Source of the DNA: the human T2T-CHM13v2.0 reference genome, Homo sapiens
Assembly: GCF_009914755.1 (NCBI RefSeq)
Contig: NC_060948.1
DNA length: 64,000 nt
Strand: one strand, 5' to 3'
Shown: positions 28,618 through 42,798 of the stretch, one piece after another
Numbering within the stretch: position 1 is the stretch's first letter
Layout: each line of letters begins with the position of its first letter
Made by a program: the position numbers and the translations under genes
Notes under the pieces: generated by a model
What the model was told of the DNA's origin: nothing
What the model saw: only the letters and a program-made list of their open reading frames with translations
Database searches by the model: none

Positions 28618-31600
28618 ATGGAATCAAATCAATGGAATATAATCAAATGGAATGGAAAGGAATTGAATGGAGTAGATTGGATTGGATGGGATTGGAATGA
28701 AATGTACTGGAAAGGACTCGAATTTCATGAAACGGAATGGAATGAATTAGAACGGAATGGACTCGAATGGAATGGAATGTCATGGAATGGCATCAAATGG
28801 AATGGAATCGAATGCGATGGAATGCTATGGAATGGAATGGAATGCATTGGAATGGAATGTCCTCTAATGGAATGTATTCGAGTGGAATGGAATCGAATAT
28901 AATGGAGTCTAATGAAATGGAATTGAAAGGAATGGGACCGAATACAATGGAATATACTGGAATGTAATGTAATGAACTCGAATGTAATTGACTGGAATGG
29001 AATGTACATGAATGGAATGTAATCGAATGGAAAGCAATCCAATGGAATAGAATCTAATGCAATAAAATCGACTCAAATAGAGTAGAATGTAATGGAATGG
29101 AGTACAGTGCAATGGAATGGAATGGAATGGAATGCAATGGAATGGAATGGAATGGAATGGGATGGAATGGTATGGAATGGATAGTAATGGACTGGAGTGA
29201 AATGGACTGGAAAAGAATGGACTCAAATTGAAAGGGCTCGAAAGGAATGGAGTCAAATGGAATGGTCTGGAATGGAATGAACACGAATGTAATGCAATCC
29301 AATAGAATGGAATCGAATGGCATGGAATATAAAGAAATGGAATCGAAGAGAATGGAAACAAATGGAATGGAATTGAATGGAATGGAATTGAATGGAATGG
29401 GAACGAATGGAGTGAAATTGTATGCAGTAGAAGAGAATAGAATGGAATGCAAGCGAAAGGAAAGGAATGGATTGGAATGGAATGGAATTCATTGGAATGG
29501 AAGGGAATGTAGTGTAATGGACAGGCCTGGAATAAAGTGGAATGCTACGGTCTCGAATGGAATAAAAATGTATGGAATGGAATGCAATGAAACGGAATCG
29601 AATGTCATAGAATGTAATGGAATGCAAAAAAATGGACTCCAAAATCATTGACTGGAAAGGCTGGGTGTCGAAAGGAATTGACTCCAATGGAATGGAATCG
29701 AATGGAATGGAAGTGAATAGAATCGAACTAAATCGAATGGAATGGAATTGATAGGAACGGAATGGAAAGGAATGCAATGATTTCGCATGGAATGGAATCG
29801 AATGGCATCGAATGGAATGGAATGGAATGCAATGGAATGGAATGTATTAGAATGTAATGAACTTTAATGGAATGTACTCGAATGGATTCGACTGGAATGG
29901 AATGTTCTGGAAGTGAATGGACTCCAATGGAATGGATTCGAAAGGAATGGAATCTAATGGAATGGAATTAAATGGAAATGAATCAAATTGAATAGCACGG
30001 AATTGAATTGAATGGAATCGAATGCAATGGAATCTAATGAAACGGAAAGGAAAGGAATGGAATGGATTGGAATGGAATGGGCTGGAATGGAATGGAATCG
30101 AAACGAATGGAATGGAATCGAACTGAAGAGACTGGAATGGAATGCACTGGAATGGAAGGGAATGTAATGGAAGGTTCTCGAAAAAAATGGAATCGAAAGG
30201 AATGGAATTGAATGGAACGGAATAGAGTCGAATGGAATTGAATGGAATGGAATGGACTAGAGTGAAATGGAATCGAACCACAAGGAATGGACAGGAATAG
30301 AATGGTCTCGAATTGAATGGAATCGTATGGAATGGCATCAAACGGAATGGAATGGACAGCCACGGAATGGAATGGACACCCACGGAATGGAATGCACTCG
30401 AATGCAATGGAGTCGACACTAATGGACTGGAATAGAATGGACTCGACTGGTACGGACTCCAATGGAATGGAATCGAATGGAAGGGAATCGAACGGAATGG
30501 ACTCGAAGGGAAAAGACTGCAATGGAAAGGTCTCGAATGGAATGGAAATTAATGGAATGGAATGGAATCGAATGAAATGGAGTCAAAAGGAATGGAATCG
30601 AATGGCAAGAAATCGAATGTAATGGAATCGCAAGGAATTGATGTGAACGGAACGGAATGGAATGGAATCCAAAGGAATGGAATAGAATGGAATGGAATCG
30701 AATGGAAAGGACTCGAATGGAAATCACTCGAATAGAATGCAATTTAATAAAATAGGATCAAATGTAATGGAATGGAATGGAAAGGAATCGAAACGAAAGG
30801 AATGGAGACAGATGGAATGGAATGGAACAGAGAGCAATGGTATAGAATGGAATGGAATCATCTGGAATGGAATTGAATGGAATGGAATAATATGAAATGG
30901 AATGGAATGGAATGGAATGCCCTTGAATTAAATGGACTGGAATGGAATGGACTCGAACAGAGTGGAATGGAAAGTGTTGAAATAGAATGGAATGGACTCG
31001 TTTGGAATGGTCTAGTATGCAATGCAATCGACTGGCAGGGAATCAAAAGGAATGTAATCGAATGGATTGGACTGGAATGCAATGGACTCGAATAGATTGG
31101 AAATGGAAAGCAAAGGAATGGAATGGAATAGTATGGAATGGAATGGAAAGGAATGGAGTGGAATAGACTAGAGTGGAATGGAATGGACTGGAAAGCAATG
31201 GGCTGGAATGGAACTTTCTTGAATGGACTGGAATCAAACGGAATGGAATGCAATGCAATCAAATGGCATGGAATAAAATAGAATGAAAGAGAATCAAATG
31301 GAATTGAATCGAATGGAATCGAATGGATTGGAAAGGAATAGAATGGAATGGAATGGAATTGACTCAAATGGAATGGACTAGAATGGAATGGATTCGAATG
31401 GAAGGCAAAGGAATGGAATCTATTGGAATGGACTGTAATGGAATGGAATGGAAGGGATTGGAATGGACTCGAATGGAATGGACTGCAGTAGAAAGGATTC
31501 GAATGGAATGAAAAAGAATTGAATGGAATAGAACAGAATGGAATCAAATCGAATGAAATGGAATGGAATAGAAAGGAATGGAATGAAATGGAATGGAAAG

Positions 31601-32166
31601 GATTCGAATGGAATGCAATCGAATGGAATGAAATCGAATGGAATGGAATCGAACGGAATGGAATAAAATGGAAGAAAACTGGCAAGAAATGGAATCGAAA
31701 TGAATGGAGTGTTATGGAACGGACTCAAAAGGAATTGAATGTAATAGAATGGAGTGGAGTGGACTCGAATATAATGGACTAGAATGGAATGAAATCACAT
31801 GGAATGGGAACGAATGGAATGGAATGGAAAGGAATGGAATCGAATGGAAAGGAATCGAATGGAAGGGAATGAAATTGAATCAACAGGAATGGAAGGGAGT
31901 AGAATAGACGGTAATGGAATGGACTCGAATAGAATGGACACGAATGCTCAAATTGAATGGACTCGAATGGAATGGCAACGAAAGGAATGTCATCGAATGG
32001 AATTGAATCGATTGGAATGAAATCACATAGAATGGAGTGGAATCAAATGGAATTGAATCGAAAGGAAAGGAAGCGAATGGACTGAAATGAAATGGAATGG
32101 AATTGAATGGAAATTAATGCAATGGAATAGAATGGAACGAAATTTCACGGAATGGAATCAAACTGA
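28618..32166 (+). repeat. DYZ1 monomer U9, 3549 bp
   Basis: Anchor spacing 28618->32167. Confidence 0.9.
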
Positions 32167-35100
32167 ATGGAATCAAATCAATGGAATATAATCAAATGGA
32201 ATGGAAAGGAATTGAATGGAGTAGATTGGATTGGATGGGATTGGAATGAAATGTACTGGAAAGGACTCGAATTTCATGAAACGGAATGGAATGAATTAGA
32301 ACGGAATGGACTCGAATGGAATGGAATGTCATGGAATGGCATCAAATGGAATGGAATCGAATGCGATGGAATGCTATGGAATGGAATGGAATGCATTGGA
32401 ATGGAATGTCCTCTAATGGAATGTATTCGAGTGGAATGGAATCGAATATAATGGAGTCTAATGAAATGGAATTGAAAGGAATGGGACCGAATACAATGGA
32501 ATATACTGGAATGTAATGTAATGAACTCGAATGTAATTGACTGGAATGGAATGTACATGAATGGAATGTAATCGAATGGAAAGCAATCCAATGGAATAGA
32601 ATCTAATGCAATAAAATCGACTCAAATAGAGTAGAATGTAATGGAATGGAGTACAGTGCAATGGAATGGAATGGAATGGAATGCAATGGAATGGAATGGA
32701 ATGGAATGGGATGGAATGGTATGGAATGGATAGTAATGGACTGGAGTGAAATGGACTGGAAAAGAATGGACTCAAATTGAAAGGGCTCGAAAGGAATGGA
32801 GTCAAATGGAATGGTCTGGAATGGAATGAACACGAATGTAATGCAATCCAATAGAATGGAATCGAATGGCATGGAATATAAAGAAATGGAATCGAAGAGA
32901 ATGGAAACAAATGGAATGGAATTGAATGGAATGGAATTGAATGGAATGGGAACGAATGGAGTGAAATTGTATGCAGTAGAAGAGAATAGAATGGAATGCA
33001 AGCGAAAGGAAAGGAATGGATTGGAATGGAATGGAATTCATTGGAATGGAAGGGAATGTAGTGTAATGGACAGGCCTGGAATAAAGTGGAATGCTACGGT
33101 CTCGAATGGAATAAAAATGTATGGAACGGAATGCAATGAAACGGAATCGAATGTCATAGAATGTAATGGAATGCAAAAAAATGGACTCCAAAATCATTGA
33201 CTGGAAAGGCTGGGTGTCGAAAGGAATTGACTCCAATGGAATGGAATCGAATGGAATGGAAGTGAATAGAATCGAACTAAATCGAATGGAATGGAATTGA
33301 TAGGAACGGAATGGAAAGGAATGCAATGATTTGGCATGGAATGGAATCGAATGGCATCGAATGGAATGGAATGGAATGCAATGGAATGGAATGTATTAGA
33401 ATGTAATGAACTTTAATGGAATGTACTCGAATGGATTCGACTGGAATGGAATGTTCTCGAAGTGAATGGACTCCAATGGAATGGATTCGAAAGGAATGGA
33501 ATCTAATGGAATGGAATTAAATGGAAATGAATCAAATTGAATAGAACGGAATTGAATTGAATGGAATCGAATGCAATGGAATCTAATGAAACGGAAAGGA
33601 AAGGAATGGAATGGATTGGAATGGAATGGGCTGGAATGGAATGGAATCGAAACGAATGGAATGGAATCGAACTGAAGAGACTGGAATGGAATGCACTGGA
33701 ATGGAAGGGAATGTAATGGAAGGTCCTCGAAAAAAATGGAATCGAAAGGAATGGAATTGAATGGAACGGAATAGAGTCGAATGGAATTGAATGGAATGGA
33801 ATGGACTAGAGTGAAATGGAATCGAACCACAAGGAATGGACAGGAATAGAATGGTCTCGAATTGAATGGAATCGTATGGAATGGCATCAAACGGAATGGA
33901 ATGGACAGCCACGGAATGGAATGGACACCCACGGAATGGAATGCACTCGAATGCAATGGAGTCGACACTAATGGACTGGAATAGAATGGACTCGACTGGT
34001 ACGGACTCCAATGGAATGGAATCGAAAGGAAGGGAATCGAAAGGAATGGACTCGAAGGGAAAAGACTGCAATGGAAAGGTCTCCAATGGAATGGAAATTA
34101 ATGGAATGGAATGGAATCGAATGAAATGGAGTCAAAAGGAATGGAATCGAATGGCAAGAAATCGAATGTAATGGAATCGCAAGGAATTGATGTGAACGGA
34201 ACGGAATGGAATGGAATCCAAAGGAATGGAATAGAATGGAATGGAATCGAATGGAAAGGACTCGAATGGAAATCACTCGAATAGAATGCAATTTAATAAA
34301 ATAGGATCAAATGTAATGGAATGGAATGGAAAGGAATCGAAACGAAAGGAATGGAGACAGATGGAATGGAATGGAACAGAGAGCAATGGTATAGAATGGA
34401 ATGGAATCATCTGGAATGGAATTGAATGGAATGGAATAATATGAAATGGAATGGAATGGAATGGAATGCCCTTGAATTAAATGGACTGGAATGCAATGGA
34501 CTCGAACAGAGTGGAATGGAAAGTGTTGAAATAGAATGGAATGGACTCATTTGGAATGGTCTAGTATGCAATGCAATCGACTGGCAGGGAATCAAAAGGA
34601 ATGTAATCGAATGGATTGGACTGGAATGCAATGGACTCGAATAGATTGGAAGCGGAAAGCAAAGGAATGGAATGGAATAGTATGGAATGGAATGCAAAGG
34701 AATGGAGTGGAATAGACTAGAGTGGAATGGAATGGACTCGAAAGCAATGGACTGGAATGGAACTTTCTTGAATGGACTGGAATCAAACGGAATGGAATGC
34801 AATGCAATCAAATGGCATGGAATAAAATAGAATGAAAGAGAATCAAATGGAATTGAATCGAATGGAATCGAATGGATTGGAAAGGAATAGAATGGAATGG
34901 AATGGAATTGACTCAAATGGAATGGACTAGAATGGAATGGATTCGAATGGAAGGCAAAGGAATGGAATCTATTGGAATGGACTGTAATGGAATGGAATGG
35001 AAGGGATTGGAATGGACTCGAATGGAATGCGCTGCAATAGAAAGGATTCGAATGGAATGAAAAAGAATTGAATGGAATAGAACAGAATGGAATCAAATCG

Positions 35101-35715
35101 AATGAAATGGAATGGAATAGAAAGGAATGCAATGAAATGGAATGGAAAGGATTCGAATGGAATGCAATCGAATGGAATGAAATCGAATGGAATGGAATCG
35201 AACGGAATGGAATAAAATGGAAGAAAACTGGCAAGAAATGGAGTCGAAATGAATGGAGTGTTATGGAACGGACTCAAAAGGAATTGAATGTAATAGAATG
35301 GAGTGGAGTGGACTCGAATATAATGGACTGGAGTGGAATGAAATCACATGGAATGGGAACGAATGGAATGGAATGGAAAGGAATGGAATCGAATGGAAAG
35401 GAATCGAATGGAAGGGAATGAAATTGAATCAACAGGAATGGAAGGGAGTAGAATAGACGGTAATGGAATGGACTCGAATAGAATGGACACGAATGCTCAA
35501 ATTGAATGGACTCGAATGGAATGGAAACGAAAGGAATGTCATCGAATGGAATTGAATCTATTGGAATGAAATCACATAGAATGGAGTGGAATCAAATGGA
35601 ATTGAATCGAAAGGAAAGGAAGCGAATGGACTGAAATGAAATGGAATGGAATTGAATGGAAATTAATGCAATGGAATAGAATGGAACGAAATTTCACGGA
35701 ATGGAATCAAACTGA
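32167..35715 (+). repeat. DYZ1 monomer U10, 3549 bp
   Basis: Anchor spacing 32167->35716. Confidence 0.9.
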
Positions 35716-38700
35716 ATGGAATCAAATCAATGGAATATAATCAAATGGAATGGAAAGGAATTGAATGGAGTAGATTGGATTGGATGGGATTGGAATGAAA
35801 TGTACTGGAAAGGACTCGAATTTCATGAAACGGAATGGAATGAATTAGAACGGAATGGACTCGAATGGAATGGAATGTCATGGAATGGCATCAAATGGAA
35901 TGGAATCGAATGCGATGGAATGCTATGGAATAGAATGGAATGCATTGGAATGGAATGTCCTCTAATGGAATGGATTCGAGTGGAATGGAATCGAATATAA
36001 TGGAGTCTAATGAAATAGAATTGAAAGGAATGGGACCGAATACAATGGAATATACTGGAATGTAATGTAATGAACTCGAATGTAATTGACTGGAATGGAA
36101 TGTACATGAATGGAATGTAATCGAATGGAAAGCAATCCAATGGAATAGAATCTAATGCAATAAAATCGAGTCAAATAGAGTAGAATGTAATGGAATGGAG
36201 TGCAGTGCAATGGAATGGAATGGAATGGAATGCAATGGAATGGAATGGAATGGAATGGGATGGAATGGTATGGAATGGATAGTAATGGACTGGAGTGAAA
36301 TGGACTGGAAAAGAATGGACTCAAATTGAAAGGGCTCGAAAGGAATGGAGTCAAATGGAATGGTCTGGAATGGAATGAACACGAATGTAATGCAATCCAA
36401 TAGAATGGAATCGAATGGCATGGAATATAAAGAAATGGAATCGAAGAGAATGGAAACAAATGGAATGGAATTGAATGGAATGGGAACGAATGGAGTGAAA
36501 TTGTATGCAGTAGAAGAGAATAGAATGGAATGCAAGCGAAAGGAAAGGAATGGATTGGAATGGAATGGAATTCATTGGAATGGAAGGGAATGTAGTGTAA
36601 TGGACAGGCCTGGAATAAAGTGGAATGCTACGGTCTCGAATGGAATAAAAATGTATGGAATGGAATGCAATGAAACGGAATCGAATGTCATAGAATGTAA
36701 TGGAATGCAAAAAAATGGACTCCAAAATCATTGACTGGAAAGGCTGGGTGTCGAAAGGAATTGACTCCAATGGAATGGAATCGAATGGAATGGAAGTGAA
36801 TAGAATCGAACTAAATCGAATGGAATGGAATTGATAGGAACGGAATGGAAAGGAATGCAATGATTTGGCATGGAATGGAATCGAATGGCATCGAATGGAA
36901 TGGAATGGAATGCAATGGAATGGAATGTATTATAATGTAATGAACTTTAATGGAATGTACTCGAATGGATTCGACTGGAATGGAATGTTCTCGAAGTGAA
37001 TGGACTCCAATGGAATGGATTCGAAAGGAATGGAATCTAATGGAATGGAATTAAACGGAAATGAATCAAATTGAATAGAACGGAATTGAATTGAATGGAA
37101 TCGAATGCAATGGAATCTAATGAAACGGAAAGGAATGGAATGGAATGGGCTGGAATGGAATGGAATCGAAACGAATGGAATGGAATCGAACTGAAGAGAC
37201 TGGAATGGAATGCACTGGAATGGAAGGGAATGTAATGGAAGGTTCTCGAAAAAAATGGAATCGAAAGGAATGGAATTGAATGGAACGGAATAGAGTCGAA
37301 TGGAATTCAATGGAATGGAATGGACTAGAGTGAAATGGAATCGAACCACAAGGAATGGACAGGAATAGAATGGTCTCGAATTGAATGGAATCGTATGGAA
37401 TGGCATCAAACGGAATGGAATGGACAGCCACGGAATGGAATGGACACCCACGGAATGGAATGCACTCGAATGCAATGGAGTCGACACTAATGGACTGGAA
37501 TAGAATGGAGTCGACTGGTACGGACTCCAATGGAATGGAATCGAATTGAAGGGAATCGAACGGAATGGACTCGAAGGGAAAAGACTGCAATGGAATGGTC
37601 TCCAATGGAATGGAAATTAATGGAATGGAATGGAATCGAATGAAATGGAGTCAAAAGGAATGGAATCGAATGGCAAGAAATCGAATGTAATGGAATCGCA
37701 AGGAATTGATGTGAACGGAACGGAATGGAATGGAATCCAAAGGAATGGAATAGAATGGAATGGAATCGAATGGAAAGGACTCGAATGGAAATCACTCGAA
37801 TAGAATGCAATTTAATAAAATAGGATCAAATGTAATGGAATGGAATGGAAAGGAATCGAAACGAAAGGAATGGAGACAGATGGAATGGAATGGAACAGAG
37901 AGCAATGGTATAGAATGGAATGGAATCATCTGGAATGGAATTGAATGGAATGGAATAATATGAAATGGAATGGAATGTAATGGAATGCCCTTGAATTAAA
38001 TGGACTGGAATGGAATGGACTCGAACAGAGTGGAATGGAAAGTGTTGAAATAGAATGGAATGGACTCGTTTGGAATGGTCTAGTATGCAATGCAATAGAC
38101 TGGCAGGGAATCAAAAGGAATGTAATCGAACGGATTGGACTGGAATGCAATGGACTCGAATAGATTGGAAACGGAAAGCAAAGGAATGGAATGGAATAGT
38201 ATGGAATGGAATGCAAAGGAATGGAGTGGAATAGACTAGAGTGGAATGGAATGGACTCGAAAGCAATGGACTGGAATGGAACTTCCTTGAATGGACTGGA
38301 ATCAAACGGAATGGAATGCAATGCAATCAAATGGCATGGAATAAAATAGAATGAAAGAGAATCAAATGGAATTGAATCGAATGGAATCGAATGGATTGGA
38401 AAGGAATAGAATGGAATGGAATGGAATTGACTCAAATGGAATGGACTAGAATGGAATGGATTCGAATGGAAGGCAAAGGAATGGAATCTATTGGAATGGA
38501 CTGTAATGGAATGGAATGGAAGGGATTGGAATGGACTCGAATGGAATGGACTGCAGTAGAAAGGATTCGAATGGAATGAAAAAGAATTGAATGGAATAGA
38601 ACAGAATGGAATCAAATCGAATGAAATGGAATGGAATAGAAAGGAATGGAATGAAATGGAATGGAAAGGATTCGAATGGAATGCAATCGAATGGAATGAA

Positions 38701-39234
38701 ATCGAATGGAATGGAATCGAACGGAATGGAATAAAATGGAAGAAAACTGGCAAGAAATGGAATCGAAATGAATGGAGTGTTATGGAACGGACTCAAAAGG
38801 AATTGAATGTAATAGAATGGAGTGGAGTGGACTCGAATATAATGGACTGGAATGGAATGAAATCACATGGAATGGGAACGAATGGAATGGAATGGAAAGG
38901 AATGGAATCGAATGGAAAGGAATCGAATGGAAGGGAATGAAATTGAATCAACAGGAATGGAAGGGAGTAGAATAGACGGTAATGGAATGGACTCGAATAG
39001 AATGGACACGAATGCTCAAATTGAATGGACTCGAATGGAATGGAAACGAAAGGAATGTCATCGAATGGAATTGAATCGATTGGAATGAAATCACATAGAA
39101 TGGAGTGGAATCAAATGGAATTGAATCGAAAGGAAAGGAAGCGAATGGACTGAAATGAAATGGAATGGAATTGAATGGAAATTAATGCAATGGAATAGAA
39201 TGGAACGAAATTTCACGGAATGGAATCAAACTGA
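35716..39234 (+). repeat. DYZ1 monomer U11, 3519 bp
   Basis: Anchor spacing 35716->39235. Confidence 0.9.
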
Positions 39235-42200
39235 ATGGAATCAAATCAATGGAATATAATCAAATGGAATGGAAAGGAATTGAATGGAGTAGATTGGATT
39301 GGATGGGATTGGAATGAAATGTACTGGAAAGGACTCGAATTTCATGAAACGGAATGGAATGAATTAGAACGGAATGGACTCGAATGGAATGGAATGTCAT
39401 GGAATGGCATCAAATGGAATGGAATCGAATGCGATGGAATGCTATGGAATAGAATGGAATGCATTGGAATGGAATGTCCTCTAATGGAATGTATTCGAGT
39501 GGAATGGAATCGAATATAATGGAGTCTAATGAAATGGAATTGAAAGGAATGGGACCGAATATAATGGAATATACTGGAATGTAATGTAATGAACTCGAAT
39601 GTAATTGACTGGAATGGAATGTACATGAATGGAATGTAATCGAATGGAAAGCAATCCAATGGAATAGAATCTAATGCAATAAAATCGACTCAAATAGAGT
39701 AGAATGTAATGGAATGGAGTGCAGTGCAATGGAATGGAATGGAATGGAATGCAATGGAATGGAATGGAATGGAATGGAATGGAATGGGATAGAATGGTAT
39801 GGAATGGATAGTAATGGACTGGAGTGAAATGGACTGGAAAAGAATGGACTCAAATTGAAAGGGCTCGAAAGGAATGGAGTCAAATGGAATGGTCTGGAAT
39901 GGAATGAACACGAATGTAATGCAATCCAATAGAATGGAATCGAATGGCATGGAATATAAAGAAATGGAATCGAAGAGAATGGAAACAAATGGAATGGAAT
40001 TGAATGGAATGGAATTGAATGGAATGGGAATGAATGGAGTGAAATTGTATGCAGTAGAAGAGAATAGAATGGAATGCAAGCGAAAGGAAAGGAATGGATT
40101 GGAATGGAATGGAATTCATTGGAATGGAAGGGAATGTAGTGTAATGGACAGGCCTGGAATAAAGTGGAATGCTACGGTCTCGAATGGAATAAAAATGTAT
40201 GGAATGGAATGCAATGAAACGGAATCGAATGTCATAGAATGTAATGGAATGCAAAAAAATGGACTCCAAAATCATTGACTGGAAAGGCTGGGTGTCGAAA
40301 GGAATTGACTCCAATGGAATGGAATCGAATGGAATGGAAGTGAATAGAATCGAACTAAATCGAATGGAATGGAATTGATAGGAACGGAATGGAAAGGAAT
40401 GCAATGATTTGGCATGGAATGGAATCGAATGGCATCGAATGGAATGGAATGGAATGCAATGGAATGGAATGTATTAGAATGTAATGAACTTTAATGGAAT
40501 GTACTCGAATGGATTCGACTGGAATGGAATGTTCTCGAAGTGAATGGACTCCAATGGAATGGATTCGAAAGGAATGGAATCTAATGGAATGGAATTAAAT
40601 GGAAATGAATCAAATTGAATAGAACGGAATTGAATTGAATGGAATCGAATGCAATGGAATCTAATGAAACGGAAAGGAAAGGAATGGAATGGATTGGAAT
40701 GGAATGGGCTGGAATGGAATGGAATCGAAACGAATGGAATGGAATCGAACTGAAGAGACTGGAATGGAATGCACTGGAATGGAAGGGAATGTAATGGAAG
40801 GTTCTCGAAAAAAATGGAATCGAAAGGAATGGAATTGAATGGAACGGAATAGAGTCGAATGGAATTCAATGGAATGGAATGGACTAGAGTGAAATGGAAT
40901 CGAACCACAAGGAATGGACAGGAATAGAATGGTCTCGAATTGAATGGAATCGTATGGAATGGCATCAAACGGAATGGAATGGACAGCCACGGAATGGAAT
41001 GGACACCCACGGAATGGAATGCACTCGAATGCAATGGAGTCGACACTAATGGACTGGAATAGAATGGACTCGACTGGTACGGACTCCAATGGAATGGAAT
41101 CGAATGGAAGGGAATCGAAAGGAATGGACTCGAAGGGAAAAGACTGCAATGGAAAGGTCTCCAATGGAATGGAAATTAATGGAATGGAATGGAATCGAAT
41201 GAAATGGAGTCAAAAGGAATGGAATCGAATGGCAAGAAATCGAATGTAATGGAATCGCAAGGAATTGATGTGAACGGAACGGAATGGAATGGAATCCAAA
41301 GGAATGGAATAGAATGGAATGGAATCGAATGGAAAGGACTCGAATGGAAATCACTCGAATAGAATGCAATTTAATAAAGTAGGATCAAATGTAATGGAAT
41401 GGAATGGAAAGGAATGGAAACGAAAGGAATGGAGACAGATGGAATGGAATGGTACAGAGAGCAATGGTATAGAATGGAATGGAATCATCTGGAATGGAAG
41501 TGAATGGAATGGAATAATATGAAATGGAATGGAATTTAATGGAATGGAATGCCCTTGTATTAAATGGACTGGAATGGAATGGACTCGAACAGAGTGGAAT
41601 GGAAAGTGTTGAAATAGAATGGAATGGACTCGTTTGGAATGGTCTAGTATGCAGTGCAATCGACTGGCAGGGAATCAAAAGGAATGTAATCGAATGGATT
41701 GGACTGGAATGCAATGGACTCGAATAGATTGGAAACGGAAAGCAAAGGAATGGAATGGAATAGTATGGAATGGAATGGATAGGAATGGAGAGGAATAGAC
41801 TAGAGTGGAATGGAATGGACTCGAAAGCAATGGACTGGAATGGAACTTTCTTGAATGGACTGGAATCAAACGGAATGGAATGCAATGCAATCAAATGGCA
41901 TGGAATAAAATAGAATGAAAGAGAATCAAATGGAATTGAATCGAATGGAATCGAATGGATTGGAAAGGAATAGAATGGAATGGAATGGAATTGACTCAAA
42001 TGGAATGGACTAGAATGGAATGGATTCGAATGGAAGGCAAAGGAATGGAATCTATTGGAATGGACTGTAATGGAATGGAATGGAAGGGATTGGAATGGAC
42101 TCGAATGGAATGGACTGCAATAGAAAGGATTCGAATGGAATGAAAAAGAATTGAATGGAATAGAACAGAATGGAATCAAATCGAATGAAATGGAATGGAA

Positions 42201-42798
42201 TAGAAAGGAATGGAATGAAATGGAATGGAAAGGATTCGAATGGAATGCAATCGAATGGAATGCAATCGAATGGAATGGAATCGAACGGAATGGAATAAAA
42301 TGGAAGAAAACTGGCAAGAAATGGAGTCGAAATGAATGGAGTGTTATGGAACGGACTCAAAAGGAATTGAATGTAATAGAATGGAGTGGAGTGGACTCGA
42401 ATATAATGGACTGGAATGGAATGAAATCACATGGAATGGGAACGAATGGAATGGAATGGAAAGGAATGGAATCGAATGGAAAGGAATCGAATGGAAGGGA
42501 ATGAAATTGAATCAACAGGAATGGAAGGGAGTAGAATAGACGGTAATGGAATGGACTCGAATAGAATGGACACGAATGCTCAAATTGAATGGACTCGAAT
42601 GGAATGGAAACGAAAGGAATGTCATCGAATGGAATTGAATCGATTGGAATGAAATCACATAGAATGGAGTGGAATCAAATGGAATTGAATCGAAAGGAAA
42701 GGAAGCGAATGGACTGAAATGAAATGGAATGGAATTGAATGGAAATTAATGCAATGGAATAGAATGGAACGAAATTTCACGGAATGGAATCAAACTGA
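39235..42798 (+). repeat. DYZ1 monomer U12, 3564 bp (canonical length)
   Basis: Anchor spacing 39235->42799. Confidence 0.9.

Noticed and set aside
41385-42317. Longest ORF (310 aa, - strand; homologues of 229-310 aa in each monomer)
   Set aside because: The (ATTCC)n strand is naturally poor in stop codons, and length changes follow 5-bp indels. No sign of coding constraint.
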